From Mobula birostris (Eukaryota), in the NCBI RefSeq assembly GCF_030028105.1, contig NC_092385.1:32082774-32146773 (forward strand): 64,000 bases of DNA, given 5' to 3'. Under the pieces are notes generated by a model. The model saw only the letters and a program-made list of their open reading frames with translations. It made no database searches and was not told the DNA's origin. Positions 1 to 11,467 of this stretch are shown in pieces (positions within the stretch are counted from its first letter, which is position 1; the number at the start of each line of letters is the position of its first letter). A program made the position numbers and the translations under genes.

Positions 1-1107
1 CTGTCAATGCCCTAACATGTTCCTTAATCGTTATCACTACAATTTTGTATCAGTTCCAACGTAGCTCTAGCAAGAGTGGAATGACTCCTCACAGCTAATG
101 GGAAGCTACTTAATCTCAAAATGATTACAGTACACTTAGTAGGCAGGCAACTGCAGTTCCTCTGTTGGCCTCATCAGTCAAGCCACAACTTACGTAGCCA
201 GCATGGAAGCAAGTCATCCTCAATTCCAAAAGGCTGCCAAGGAAGGTGAGACTTGTAGAGAAAGCACAGAAAGTCAAACTGCTTCACAGGAGAGCAAAGG
301 GAGAGGCTTTAACTTAATTGGTTTGGATGCTTACACGGAGCATTTGAAGACAATAATGAGGAGCACAAACTCTGGCTGGTTATTTTCCTTCCTTCTATTC
401 AACTCAGTCATACTGAATCCAAGCGGCAATCCCCAATTTTCACCCGGTCTGATTACACCTTACTGATCTTGTGATCTTTCTGGTCTGCACTATTCATCCT
501 CGGTATCCACCAGCTAGCTTTTGTTCAACTATTGAGCTATTGTCCGCAAGCCTCTCTACAGGATTTACAGTTCAGGATGAATCTAAGGATCATGTCAGCT
601 AGAAGTTATTCAAGAATGTAGGGAAACAGTTTTCATATTATATTTTGGGTGCAGTTTACGCTCAGTACTGAGGCTATAACTTCAGATATTAACCCATGAA
701 TTAGTTCCCTTGAGCTTGACATATAATGTTAATCAAGTCAATTTTGGAGTTTAAATATATGCTTCAAAACAGAAGCCAAAAATAAACAAATATGATAAAA
801 ATTAAGTTGAAGCTCAACTGAGAACTGAAGCTTTTTTTTGGTGAAAAAGTTGCTCTATCTACAGTTTGAATCTTGTAACTGCTACCTAGCTTTTCAGTGA
901 AATGCAGTCTGACTACGTGTTTTATTGAAAAGATTGACAACTATGGTGGAGAGACACGTGGCCAGCAGATTAATAATGTATTAAAAGTATCTGCAGATGC
1001 CACATATGGACCGCTGGTGAAATATAACTTGTCATTAATAATAAACATGGCTGCTTCTATTGGTCTTTAAGCACAACGCCGTTCAAAGTAAATATGGGAG
1101 GAGCTTA

Positions 1108-1929
1108 TGAGGACGATGGCACCTAACGGCGACTCCTCTGCTTGCATCTTCGGAAACAGCTCTATTTTCATCTTTAATGTCTCTACTTTTCCTTTTCATG
1201 GTTCTTTTGAAGATCCCAACCTGGATTTACACACTGATTTCGGTTCTTTGCGGCAATGGGACCTGATCTCAGGGTCTCACGACTGGCCGCTATTCGATAT
1301 ACCAAAGACGCCGCCGAGAAGACTAGTGCACCTTCAGGGTTCCTGGATTTCGTGGTTCTGGAGGCAGGCAGACTCGAGGTCGGTGCCTCAGCAGGAAATC
1401 GGTGTGTCGTGGGAGCAGACGGAAGATCGAAAGCTGCAAACTGGCTGCTGGCTGTGTGCCCAGAGACCCGAGTTCTTTGGTCACAGAGCTTGGAAAAAAC
1501 AACACAACAGACTTTTAACATCGTAAATCAGCGAGTTGTTTTGTTATGTCTCCCCTCTTGCTGTGAAATGGGAACATCTCTTTTTCCCTTATCAAGGAGA
1601 GAGGGAGAGACTGTGGTATGTCGAATTACCGGGTGAATGAGAAATCTTTGGGGTACTGCAAGTCTGTGCCTTTACTAATGCTTTCTTTGCTGCACGCTTG
1701 AGTGCTCAGTGGGGAACACCGATGCTTTTTTTGCTGGCGGGGTGGGCGGTACTCTGCTGCTGCTTATGCATGGGTGGGGGGAGCTGGGGGGACTTTGGGG
1801 TTCTAACATTTAACTGTCAATCTTTCTTTGGGGCAGTCCTCTGTTTTCGTGGATGGTTGCGAGAAAAAAGAATTTCAGGATGTACATTGTATACATTTCT
1901 CTGACATTAAATGTACCTTTGAAACTTTT
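1108..1929 (+). mobile_element. Non-coding ~820-bp interspersed element, probably a non-autonomous retroelement with a Rex1/Babar-like 3' tail
   Basis: GC/CpG-rich block in an AT-rich context. Starts ...GATGGCACCTAACGGCGACTCC and ends ATTAAATGTACCTTTGAAACTTTTG, similar to the tails at 28835-28853 and 34838-34862. Imperfect flanking duplication GAGCTTA (1101-1107)/GATCTTA (1930-1936). Its ORFs show no recognisable domain. Confidence 0.5.
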
Positions 1930-1974
1930 GATCTTACTTATTTTAAAAAACACATCTTGTAACTAGTAAATAAG

Positions 1975-2520
1975 CATGAGAAATTCTGCGGATACTGTAA
2001 ATCCAAAGCAAAACACACAAAATGCTGAAGGAGCTCAGAGGGTCAGACAGCATCAGAAATGGTTAAGTAGTCAATGCTGCGGGCCAGATTTTTATTCAGG
2101 AGTGGAAAAGGAGAAGGAAGACGCCAGAATAAAAAGGTGGAGGGAGGTGAAAGAAGATAGCTAGAAGGTGATAGGGAAAGCCAGGTAGGTAGGAAAAGTA
2201 AAGGACTGGAGAAGGAATTTGATAGGAGAGGAGAGTGGACCATAGGAGAAAGGGAGGAGGAGGTTGTTGGCAGGTAAGATGAGGTAAGGGGCCAGAGTGG
2301 GGGAAAGAAGAAGAGGGGAGGGGGAGGGAATTTTTTTTTACTGAAAGGAGAAATTGATATTCATGCCATCAAGTTGGAGGATACTCAGACTGAATATAAG
2401 GTGTTGCTCCACCACCCTGAAGATGGCCTCATCGTGGCACAAGAGGAGGCCGGGAACCGAAGTGTTGGAACGGGAATGGGAATCAGAATTTAAATGTTGG
2501 GCCACCAGCTGGGTTCAGTT
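1975..2520 (-). mobile_element. Penelope-like element 3' fragment (GIY-YIG C-terminus + pLTR)
   Basis: The minus strand encodes a degenerate GIY-YIG end (EQHLIFSLSILQLDGMNINF-like) followed by a pyrimidine-rich UTR and the PLE terminus also seen at 6539-6640 and 53571-53671. Confidence 0.75.
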
Positions 2521-2811
2521 TTCACAGTGATACATCTTGCAAAGCACAAAATTTGAAGGCCGAAGTGAGGAACAAAGTGAGGAGCAAGGTGTGTGCAATA
2601 GTCTTCAAAAGGCACTGGGCAAGCCCAAAATAATAAAAAAAAACAAAATTACACATTTAGTAAGTTTTTAGTTCTTCTCCTTCCCATTTTTCTGTTTTTT
2701 AAAATTATTTTTCACAGTTTGCAACAAATGAATAGAGATGGGACATGTGTTCAAAGAAGAAGAAATATCAGAAGCTTTTGACAGTCTCTAACCATAAAAC
2801 ATGATCTGAAG

Positions 2812-3333
2812 TAATACACACAAATGATGGAGGAACTCAGCAGGTCAGGCAGCATCTATGGAAATGTAGAAACAAGCAACACCTCATATTCCATCTAGGT
2901 AGCCTTCAGCCTAATGGCATTAACTTGGATCTTTCCAACTTTTGGGCATTTTCCCCTCCCCCTTCTTCAATTCCCCACTCTGGGCCCTTTACACCTTCTC
3001 CTCACCTACGCATCACCTCCCCCGGAGCCTCTGCTCCTTCCCTTTCTCTATGGGTTTACTCTCCTCTCATATCAGATTCCTTCTTCTCTCGCCCCTTACC
3101 TTTTCCATCTAACACCTCCCAGCTTCATCTCCTCTCTCCCACCCATCTGCTTTCGCCTATCACCTTCTAGTTTGTCCTCCTTCCCCTTCTTTCACCTTCT
3201 TGCTCTGGCATCTTTCCCTTTCCTTTCCTGTCCTGTCCTGATGAAAGTTCTCAGCCCCTAACATCAACTGTTTATTTATTTCCATAGGTGCTGCCTGACC
3301 TGCTGAGTTCCTCCAGTATTTTGTGCGTGTTGC
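2812..3333 (+). mobile_element. Penelope-like element with inverted terminal copy
   Basis: 2812-2866 is the reverse complement of ~3279-3333 (GGAGGAACTCAGCAGGTCAGGCAGCATCTATGGAA / TTCCATAGGTGCTGCCTGACCTGCTGAGTTCCTCC). The interior encodes QHLIFHLGSLQPNG (GIY-YIG end) and carries a decayed hammerhead at ~3235-3270. Confidence 0.8.
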
Positions 3334-3867
3334 TGTGAAATTGGAAGTTATTACAATAGTTCATCATTGATAGATAAGTATGTTCCACAGGAGAGCAAAG
3401 AAAGCATTTTAACTTAATATAGCTAGAAGGTTACCCTGAGAACTCAGAAAATCAACAAATGGATATTCCAATCTAGCTTGAATTGTTTTGTGTCCACACT
3501 TTGCTTTTATAAAGCACTCAACTTGAGAATTATTTCAAGAAACAAGTCAATTTTCACAGAGCATAACAAAAACAACATGCATTTAAAACAACACACAATC
3601 CAGATTTGGGAAATTGCATCTGTTGTAAAATGTTCCAACTGATTTATAATTTTCAACTAATAATAATAACTGATTTTTTCCACAAAAATGTAATGTATAT
3701 AATGTAATATGGTATGTAATATAAATGTAATATTTGAGCTTAAAATTTCAATAGAGATATTGTTTTGAAATGTAGTCCTAGATAAGCTATAAACTACATT
3801 CTGTGTTGCCTACAACCTATTAACATATTTATTGATAAATTCTCAAAATTTTAACAATATCTGCACA

Positions 3868-4150
3868 AGACATAACGCCATTTGGCATATCAAATCTGCT
3901 TCGCCATTTGATTATGGCTGACTTATTTTCCCTCTCAACTCCATTTTGCTGCTTTTGACACCAGAACTAATCAGGAACCTAACAACCTGTGCTTTAAATA
4001 TACCCACTGACTTGGCCTCCACAGCTCTCTGTGGCAAATAATTCCACAGCTTCACTGCCCTCTTGCAAAAGAAATTCCTCCTCATCTCTGTTTTAAAGCG
4101 ACATCCTACTATTCCGAGGCAGTGTCCCCTGATCCTAGAAAGTCCTACTT
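3868..4150 (-). mobile_element. CR1-clade LINE 3' fragment
   Basis: ORF 3912-4157: SRIRGH..FKTEMRRNFFCKRAVKLWNYLP, the CR1 ORF2 C-terminal motif. Confidence 0.85.
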
Positions 4151-5409
4151 GCAACAAAGACGTACCTCTTGCATCAGCTTTACATAACTTTCAAATTCAT
4201 TACTGGCAAAGCTGATCAATTTAAGTGGCAAAATGCAGCTCTGCAAGGTGTTTCTGCCCAGAATATACATCTTTCTATATAAACTTTCAACTCATATCAC
4301 AAGTAATTAATAAGATTTTTCTTTCCCCTGCCTTCATTGGAAAACCCATACCCAACTCTTACGAGCAGTGCTTCCTAAAGTGAGCCCTTAAGCTTACTGA
4401 TTACTTCTTGGTAGCATTGATCTGTATCTTGCACTCAGAGCTGAAATTGAATTGCTACAGATTAACCTTTTCCATACCTCAGTGAGGTCCCCAGTCATTC
4501 AGCTCTTTCCAGGACTGAGTATTTCAGGTATCCTGACTTGATAATTCAGTGGATTAGTATCCCTGTCTTTTTGGGCAGTATTCTGCAGCTTGGCTTTACA
4601 TTTGTACCTTGAAGATCATAAATCAGTGTAGTACTCGATGAAGAGAGTTAAAAGAATATAATGGAGTCCTGCATGAGTGTATTACACTCTATAGATATGA
4701 CACAATTGCTCAGTTTTCCATTCATTGCTTTAATTGCTGCTCAGTTAATAGAGTCCACGGTAACTCCCAGATCCCCAGTTAGCTTGCATTTAATGCTCCA
4801 CGCTTAAGGCATACTATTTTTTTTAATTGGAGCTTGTTTGTTGTTTTTTTCCCATCACATGATCATGCAGCATTTTGTGTAACTTCACGGCAGCTTTGTC
4901 AGATTCTTGTACCTCATTATTTTGGCGTTACCTGGGATTCGGCCACCTTATATGGTTTCATAATGTGGAATTCTCAGATAGATGAGAAATAGCAGGACTG
5001 GGAGCACTGGTTCATTACATTCTGAGCTTGAGAATTTTATTGTTAAACTGCTCTTGTAAATCTAACAATAATTACCATATACTGGGGGGGGAAATGTTCC
5101 TTAAAGAGAGATTGTATCCAACTAATACAGTTTGTCCCCGCTTTCAGAGAATTCTTTAGTCTCCTCAAATATTCACTCCATTAAGTCTGTGCAATAAGAC
5201 GGAAATTCATGCATGGATTTCTGTATCAGCGAATGCTTAAACGTTCATCCTAATGTCCCTTTCTGAAAAGGATCAGGATCCAGCAAGATTTTTTCCATTT
5301 GTTAAATGACTACTCTCTGCTGTGGACAAGTTAGTTACTCAATTTAGTCCAATTGACTAATTCCACTATTTGAACAGCATGGGGTACAGATGTAGAAGCA
5401 GCCTGTACA

Positions 5410-5720
5410 ACTCTTCATGCCTGCTCCATGATTCACTGACATCATAGCTCATCTAACTTAGAACCTCAACTTCCTTTTCCAATTACTATTGTCCTCAGTC
5501 CTCTTGTAACGCAAAATCCACCTCAGTCTTAATTACATTTCAGCCTCTACAGACCTGTCACATAGGGAATTATCAAGATCCACAAGCCTTAGAGAAAAAA
5601 ATTCCTCCTCATCACATTCTTCAGTGGCCAATTCCTCGTCCTGATACAATGCCAACAATGTCCACATCTGCATCCCCTAACAGTGAAGCATCCTCACAGC
5701 ATTAGCCATGCCAAGCCTGC
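5410..5720 (-). mobile_element. Old CR1-clade LINE 3' fragment
   Basis: Degenerate match to the other minus-strand CR1 ends (AAATTCCTCCTCATC, CCATGATTCACTGAC). Confidence 0.5.
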
Positions 5721-5837
5721 ACATCAAAATTCAATTAGCATTAACTACAAAAGATGAGACAAGATTAAAAGGAAAGAACTTGGCCAAATTAATGGGGTTT
5801 AAATAGAAAAGCAGAAAATTGGGGAGGGAATTCCATC

Positions 5838-5975
5838 AGGACACAGCATCAAAGGTTATGGGGAGAAGGCTGGGGAGTGGGGCTGAGGAGAGGGAAAAGG
5901 ATAAGCCATGATTAAATGGCACAGCAGACTCATTGGGCCAAATGGCCAAATACTGACCCTAAGTCTTATGGTCGT
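5838..5975 (+). mobile_element. CR1-clade LINE 3' UTR
   Basis: GCATCAAAGGTTATGGGGAGAAGGC...GGGCCAAATGGCC...TCTTATGGTC, matching 14500-14637. Confidence 0.75.
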
Positions 5976-6538
5976 ATATAAAGCCCCAGAAACCACTAAC
6001 TGCTATTAGCGGTGCGATTAATTTCAAGCCAGAATTTTATTCAAGACAATTCAAGCCTGATAAGGGAACATGAAATTCAGATGATTAGAGAACTGAAGGA
6101 TTGGCACAGTGATTCAAAATGGAAGAGAATCTGGGAGGGATGACATAAGAGGAATCATAAAGTTATAAGTGAGTTAAGGGAGGTAAAAAGAAGGAAAAGA
6201 AATGAAGTAGGTTTTATTATTTTAATGATTGTGTAGTAGGCAAAATGTGCAGAGAATACAGAGGGAGAGACAAACATATTCTGCCACCATAGGTACAAGC
6301 CCAAATGCTGTGTCATTTACCCACTGCCAGCATCAAGGAAATCTCTTCAGGAAAATTGTTATTCCATGACAGAACCTGACCCATCAAAAAAATTCTATGA
6401 ACTGATAGGAGGCCAGCTTTGATTCAGGTAAGATACAGAAACGTGGATGAAACCAGAGCCAACCATCTGAATATGCAACTGCAAACATTGGACTCACCTT
6501 CCCCTCCAACCCAAGCAATCCCAGATATTAACCTGGTA

Positions 6539-8352
6539 ACACATATAAAAGTTGCTGGCGAACGCAGCAGGTCAGGCAGCATCTCTAGGAAGAGGTACAG
6601 TCGACGTTTCGGGCCGAGACCCTTTGTCAGGACTAACTGAAAGAAGAGCTAGTAAGAGATTTGAAAGTGAGAGGGGCAGGGGGAGATCCAAAATGATCAC
6701 AGAAGACAGGAGGGGGAGGGATGGAGCCAAGAGCTGGACAGGTGATTGGCAAAAGGGATATTAGAGGATCATGGGACGGGAGGCCCAGGGAGAAAGAAAA
6801 GAGGGAGGGGGAAAACCCAGAGGATGGGCAAGGGGTATAGTGAGAGGGGCAGAGGGAGAAAAAGGAGAGAGAGAAAAAGAATGCGTGTATATAAATAAAT
6901 AACAGATGGGGTACAAAGGGGAGGTGGGGCATTAATGGAAGTTAGAGAAGTCAGTGTTCATGCCATCAGGTTGGAGGCTACCCAGACGGAATATAAGGTG
7001 TTCCTCCAACCTGAGTGTGGCTTCATCTTTACAGTAGAGGAGGTCATGGATAGACATATCAGAATGGGAATGGGACGTGGAATTAAAATGTGTGGCCACT
7101 GGGAGATCCTGCTTTCTCTGGCGGACAGAGCGTAGGTGTTCAGCGAAACCATCTCCCAGTCTGCGTCGGGTCTCGCCAATGTATAGAAGGCCACATCGGG
7201 AGCGCTGGACACAGTATGTCACCCCAGCCAACTCACAGGTGAAGTGTTGCCTCACCTGGAAGGACTGTCTGGAGGCCTGAATGGTGGTAAGGGAGGAAGT
7301 GTAATGACATGTGTAGCACTTGTTCCGCTTACAAGGATATGTGCCAGGAGGGAGATCGGTGGGGAGGGATGGGGGGGGGGGGGCGAATGGACAAGGGAGT
7401 CGCTTAGGGAGTGATCCCTGCGGAAAGCAGGGAAAGGGGGGAGGGAAAGATGTGATTAGTGGTGGGATCCCGTTGGAGGTGGCGGAAGTTACGGAGGATT
7501 ATACGTTGGACTTGGAGGCTGGTGGGGTGGTAGGTGAGGACAAGGGGAACCCTATTCCTAGTGGGGTGGTGGGAGGATGGAGTGAGAGCAGATGTGCGTT
7601 AAGCGGGGGAGATGTGTTTGAGAGCAGAGTTGATAGTGGAGGAAGGGAAGCCCCTTTCTTTAAAAAAGGAGGACATCTCCCTCGTCCTGGAATGAAAAGC
7701 CTCATCCTGAGAGCAGATGCAGCAGAGACAGAGGAATTGCAAGAAGGGGATGGCATTTTTGCAAGAGACAGGGTGAGAAGAGAAATAGTCCAGATAGCTG
7801 TGAGAATCAGTAGGCTTATAGTAGACATCAGTAGATCAGCTGTCTCCAGAGACAGAGACAGAAAGATCTAGAAAGGGGAAGGAGGTGTCGAAAATGGATC
7901 AGGTAAACTTGAGGGCAGGGTGAAAGTTGGAGGCAAAGTTAATGAAGTCAACGAGCTCAGCATGCGTGCAGGAAGCAGCGCCAATGCAGTTGTCGATGTA
8001 GCGAAGGAAAAGTGGGGAACAGATACCAGAATAGGTTTGGAACATATGGGTGCCTATGGCTACACCTTTAGTTTGGAGGAAGTGGGAGGAGCTAAAGGAG
8101 AAATTATTAACAGTAAGGACTAATTCTGCTAGACGGAGCAGAGTGGTGGTAGAGGGGAACTGGTTAGGTCTGGAATCCAAAAAGAAGCAGAGAGCTTTGA
8201 GACCTTCCTGATGGGAGATGTAAGTATATCGGGACTGGACATCCATGGTGAAAATAAAGCGGTGGGGCCAAGGAACTTAAAATCATCGAAAAGTTTCAGA
8301 GCGTGAGAAGTGTCACAAACAAAGGTAGGAAGGGATTGAACAAGGGGGGATA
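6539..8352 (-). mobile_element. Penelope-like retroelement (Neptune-type), 5'-truncated, RT + GIY-YIG pseudogene
   Basis: RT motifs MDVQSRYT, QTKGVAIG and FLRYIDN; Cys-rich linker GTYPCKRNKCYTC; GIY-YIG GVTYC..C.LLYIGETRRRL..EH; pLTR with hammerhead motif; 13-bp TSD TATTAACCTGGTA at 6526-6538 and 8360-8372. Confidence 0.92.
6599..6634 (-). ncRNA. Minimal type I hammerhead ribozyme motif in PLE pLTR (G8>A, predicted inactive)
   Basis: Minus strand reads AGTC-CTGACAA-A-GGGTCTCGGCCC-GAAA-C-GTC^GACT. Stem I is AGTC/GACT, stem II is GGGT/GCCC and stem III is the palindrome ACGT. The CUGANGA core carries a CpG-type G>A change. Confidence 0.75.
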
Positions 8353-11300
8353 AACCTGGTATTAACCTGGTATTTTTTTTTTTAACCTGTTTGTCAATTA
8401 CTGCTGGTTTTCTGGCCTGACTTGTTGTGGAACACCTGTGGCTAGTTTGACTGTTGTACAATTGTGGGCAAATTTGACTTGTGAATCTGATTTAGTTGTA
8501 GCTCAGGAATAAAGTTTTAAGTATGTATTGCAATTCATCACAGTGACCCTGCTGTTCTAATCTTGACAAGTTCAGAGAAGAGGGTTCTGGGTCAATGGAT
8601 GACCAGGGTACACAAAGGGGAAAAGAGGAAAGCTCATTAATTCCTCTGTAATCCTTCAGATATGCTGAGCAGTTACGGGGATGGTGGGACAGGAGTAGTG
8701 TTGAGACTTGGAGTCTCTCAGGCAGGGTCTTGCTTAATACGGTTCATGCAACCCAATAACATGAATGGAATGAGACTCAACCTCTTAAATTAGGCTGTGG
8801 GACTTCCACACTGAGCAGCCTTCCAATGCTTGACTTCAAGCTAGGTAAAGCAGAGGGTCCAAACTGTGTCACCAATCTACCTTTGTACCTCCACCTATCA
8901 GCTGCTGGACACAGGAGCTTAAATCTGGCATTTCTATATCCTACTGGATTATCCCTGGCTAGAAAAATGACAGTAAAGTTGATTTTTTTCAGGAACCAAG
9001 TGCTGACATGCGAACTGCTTTAACTCTAGCATTTGTCTCTATATGAGATCAGGAGACAAGGAAACAAATTCTCATTGCCATGTGAATTGCAATATTGCAC
9101 AGCACAAAATTGCACTGCAAAATCTCTTGGGGAGGTGGGAATGTAAGTATAAACAATCTTCACAGAACATTTGTATACTTCTTGTCTTATAAAAATACCT
9201 GCAGTTAAAGTGCTCTCTTGTTATGTAGTAGCAGCTCTATGAGTCCACGTGCCAAAACACCTAGCCATGGCAGTTTAGATCCACACAAGCAACCAAGCAA
9301 AAACAGCGCACAAGCAAAGCATCCTGCTGTCGAGACAACTCACCCCTAAGAATATTCCAAAGAAAAATGCTCTTCAGTAGCACTTGACTGAAATTTAAGC
9401 AGCTTACAAAGAATGAATGACCCCAATTAGCTCAGTGCTGAAATGCCCAGCACTTTGTGAGATTGGATAAATTTTAAGAATTCAAGCTAATATGAATCAA
9501 CTGTGATTCTAAAACATGTTGACACTTTACTTGCTTGACTTGTTCAGTGCAATTTTTGCCTGGAAAGTGGGGGCTGCACACAGAGTCCAAGAGTCAACTT
9601 CTCCCTACAATTCTGCGCTGTATCATTCAAGGCTCAAGGACGGGTGCAAATACCGTTCCATTTTGAACACTGCCATGAAGATCAGGAAATATTCATAGTC
9701 TGGTCAGTGATAACTTGACTGAAGAGATGATGGGAGAATAAAAACTCTGCAATGGGCTTCAGAGGACCCTTGAGCAAAATTTCAGGAGCAATGGTTATTA
9801 GTGCTTGTACTGGAGAGCCCTGATGGTAATATTTATGGTTACAATGAGTTCTGCTGCTAACATTTATTGTCAAGATACCAAATAAAGCATAAGTAATGTT
9901 TTGGCAGGAGATCAATGCTCCCAAATCGCACCTAAGCTCAGACTGGAGGCAATAGCAGAGGAGAGGAGAAAGTTGGAGGGAACAGTGAAGTTACATTCAA
10001 TTTTATTTCTTCCAAAACTCCACTTACGTAAGGTAAATAAAACTATCCCAACTGAAATGTTAATAAGTATACATGTTACTAATGTTTAAAAATGAAATCA
10101 CAAAATGCATTACTTGCCAACTTACATTCCCTTTCCTTCGGAAACCATTGACTCCTCATCATCAGCTTGCCTTTTACTACTTCACACTGCAACCAATTAA
10201 AGTGTGGACCTTGACTGATACTGTTTAATGTGGGACAACAATATCGAGTCTCAGTTTGTTTTACTCTTCCCAAAATATGAAGAATTACCAGCTCAACAAG
10301 AACTAGCTTCAGGAGGTTCCTGCCTTTTATTGATAGCGACTAAGCCTATCCAGCTAGCGCAGGAACATCTTGGGCAATTTTAATTTTGCAGTAATTAATG
10401 TTTCCAAAAGCTTTTCTTCATTTGCAAGACAGAAATTTGCCTCAGGATACAGTTTAATGAAATATAGAGATGTCATTTTGACTGCTAAACATATATAATC
10501 TGCAGTAAACTGGGGCAACAATTGGCCCATGAAATTAAAAGTAGTGAATGAATTCACCATATGGAGTAGCTAATAAACCAGGAAATGAAGGCTATCATTG
10601 CTTCATATATGTAAAACCTTCTGTGGAATAAATGTTTGGTGCTTTTGATAAAGGGCTACTCCTAAACATACTTGGGAGCAATTAAAAAAGGAACACTTAG
10701 GCTTATTCTAGATTTCAAAACATATGTTATCAACAGCAAATATTAAGCTTGCAGAATAATCAGTATTCATATCAGAGCTTAAGTCCTTCACGTGCAAGTC
10801 TTAGTTCTCATGTGAAAAGAATGACAATTAAGGATGTGTCCATAATATTAAAATTGAAGTTTTATTGGCCTGATGCTGCAATGATCTACATGTACCTATA
10901 TAAGGTTCTTTACAGTGCTGCAACTTCTTTTAAGCAGTTCAGAATACATTTTCAATATTTAGTATTCCTTCAAGTTAATATCATTACTGGAATTTTTAAC
11001 AATTGTTCCAATTTTCTTGGCACTATTTTGTAATATGTGGAACAAGTTATCAGACTGGAAGTTGCATCAGAGTTTTCTTTGCAGCACACCTGAGATTAAC
11101 AATCCAGATCTCATCTGGAGTCCACAGCATTTCATGGAAACTCCAGGGAGTTGGTGACCTCAGCCAAACCCATAGGTGGGTTGCCAATGTCATGCTGTGT
11201 GTGTGCGAAGCACAGCATGCCAAAAAGTCAGCTAACCAAAATCACCAAGTGTGGCAACCTGGCCCTCAAAGAACGCCAGCTTCCTCTGCCCTATCCCCAT

Positions 11301-11467
11301 TTTCAAACAGTTATCAGTTCCATCTGACCACCCCAAGATGAGGTGTTTTGGAAGTGACTGATTATCTCCACCATGACACTGACAAAACTGATTCCCTTGA
11401 AGTACTCACATGTAATGATTACCAGACTGGAGACTTTTTGCCCCAAACCTGCACTGACTTCCCTTCA

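Noticed and set aside
193-466. ORF 203-466 (+) and a possible minus-strand exon ending at GTAAGT (188-193)
   Set aside because: The translations resemble no protein I recognise, and splice-like signals occur on both strands, consistent with chance.
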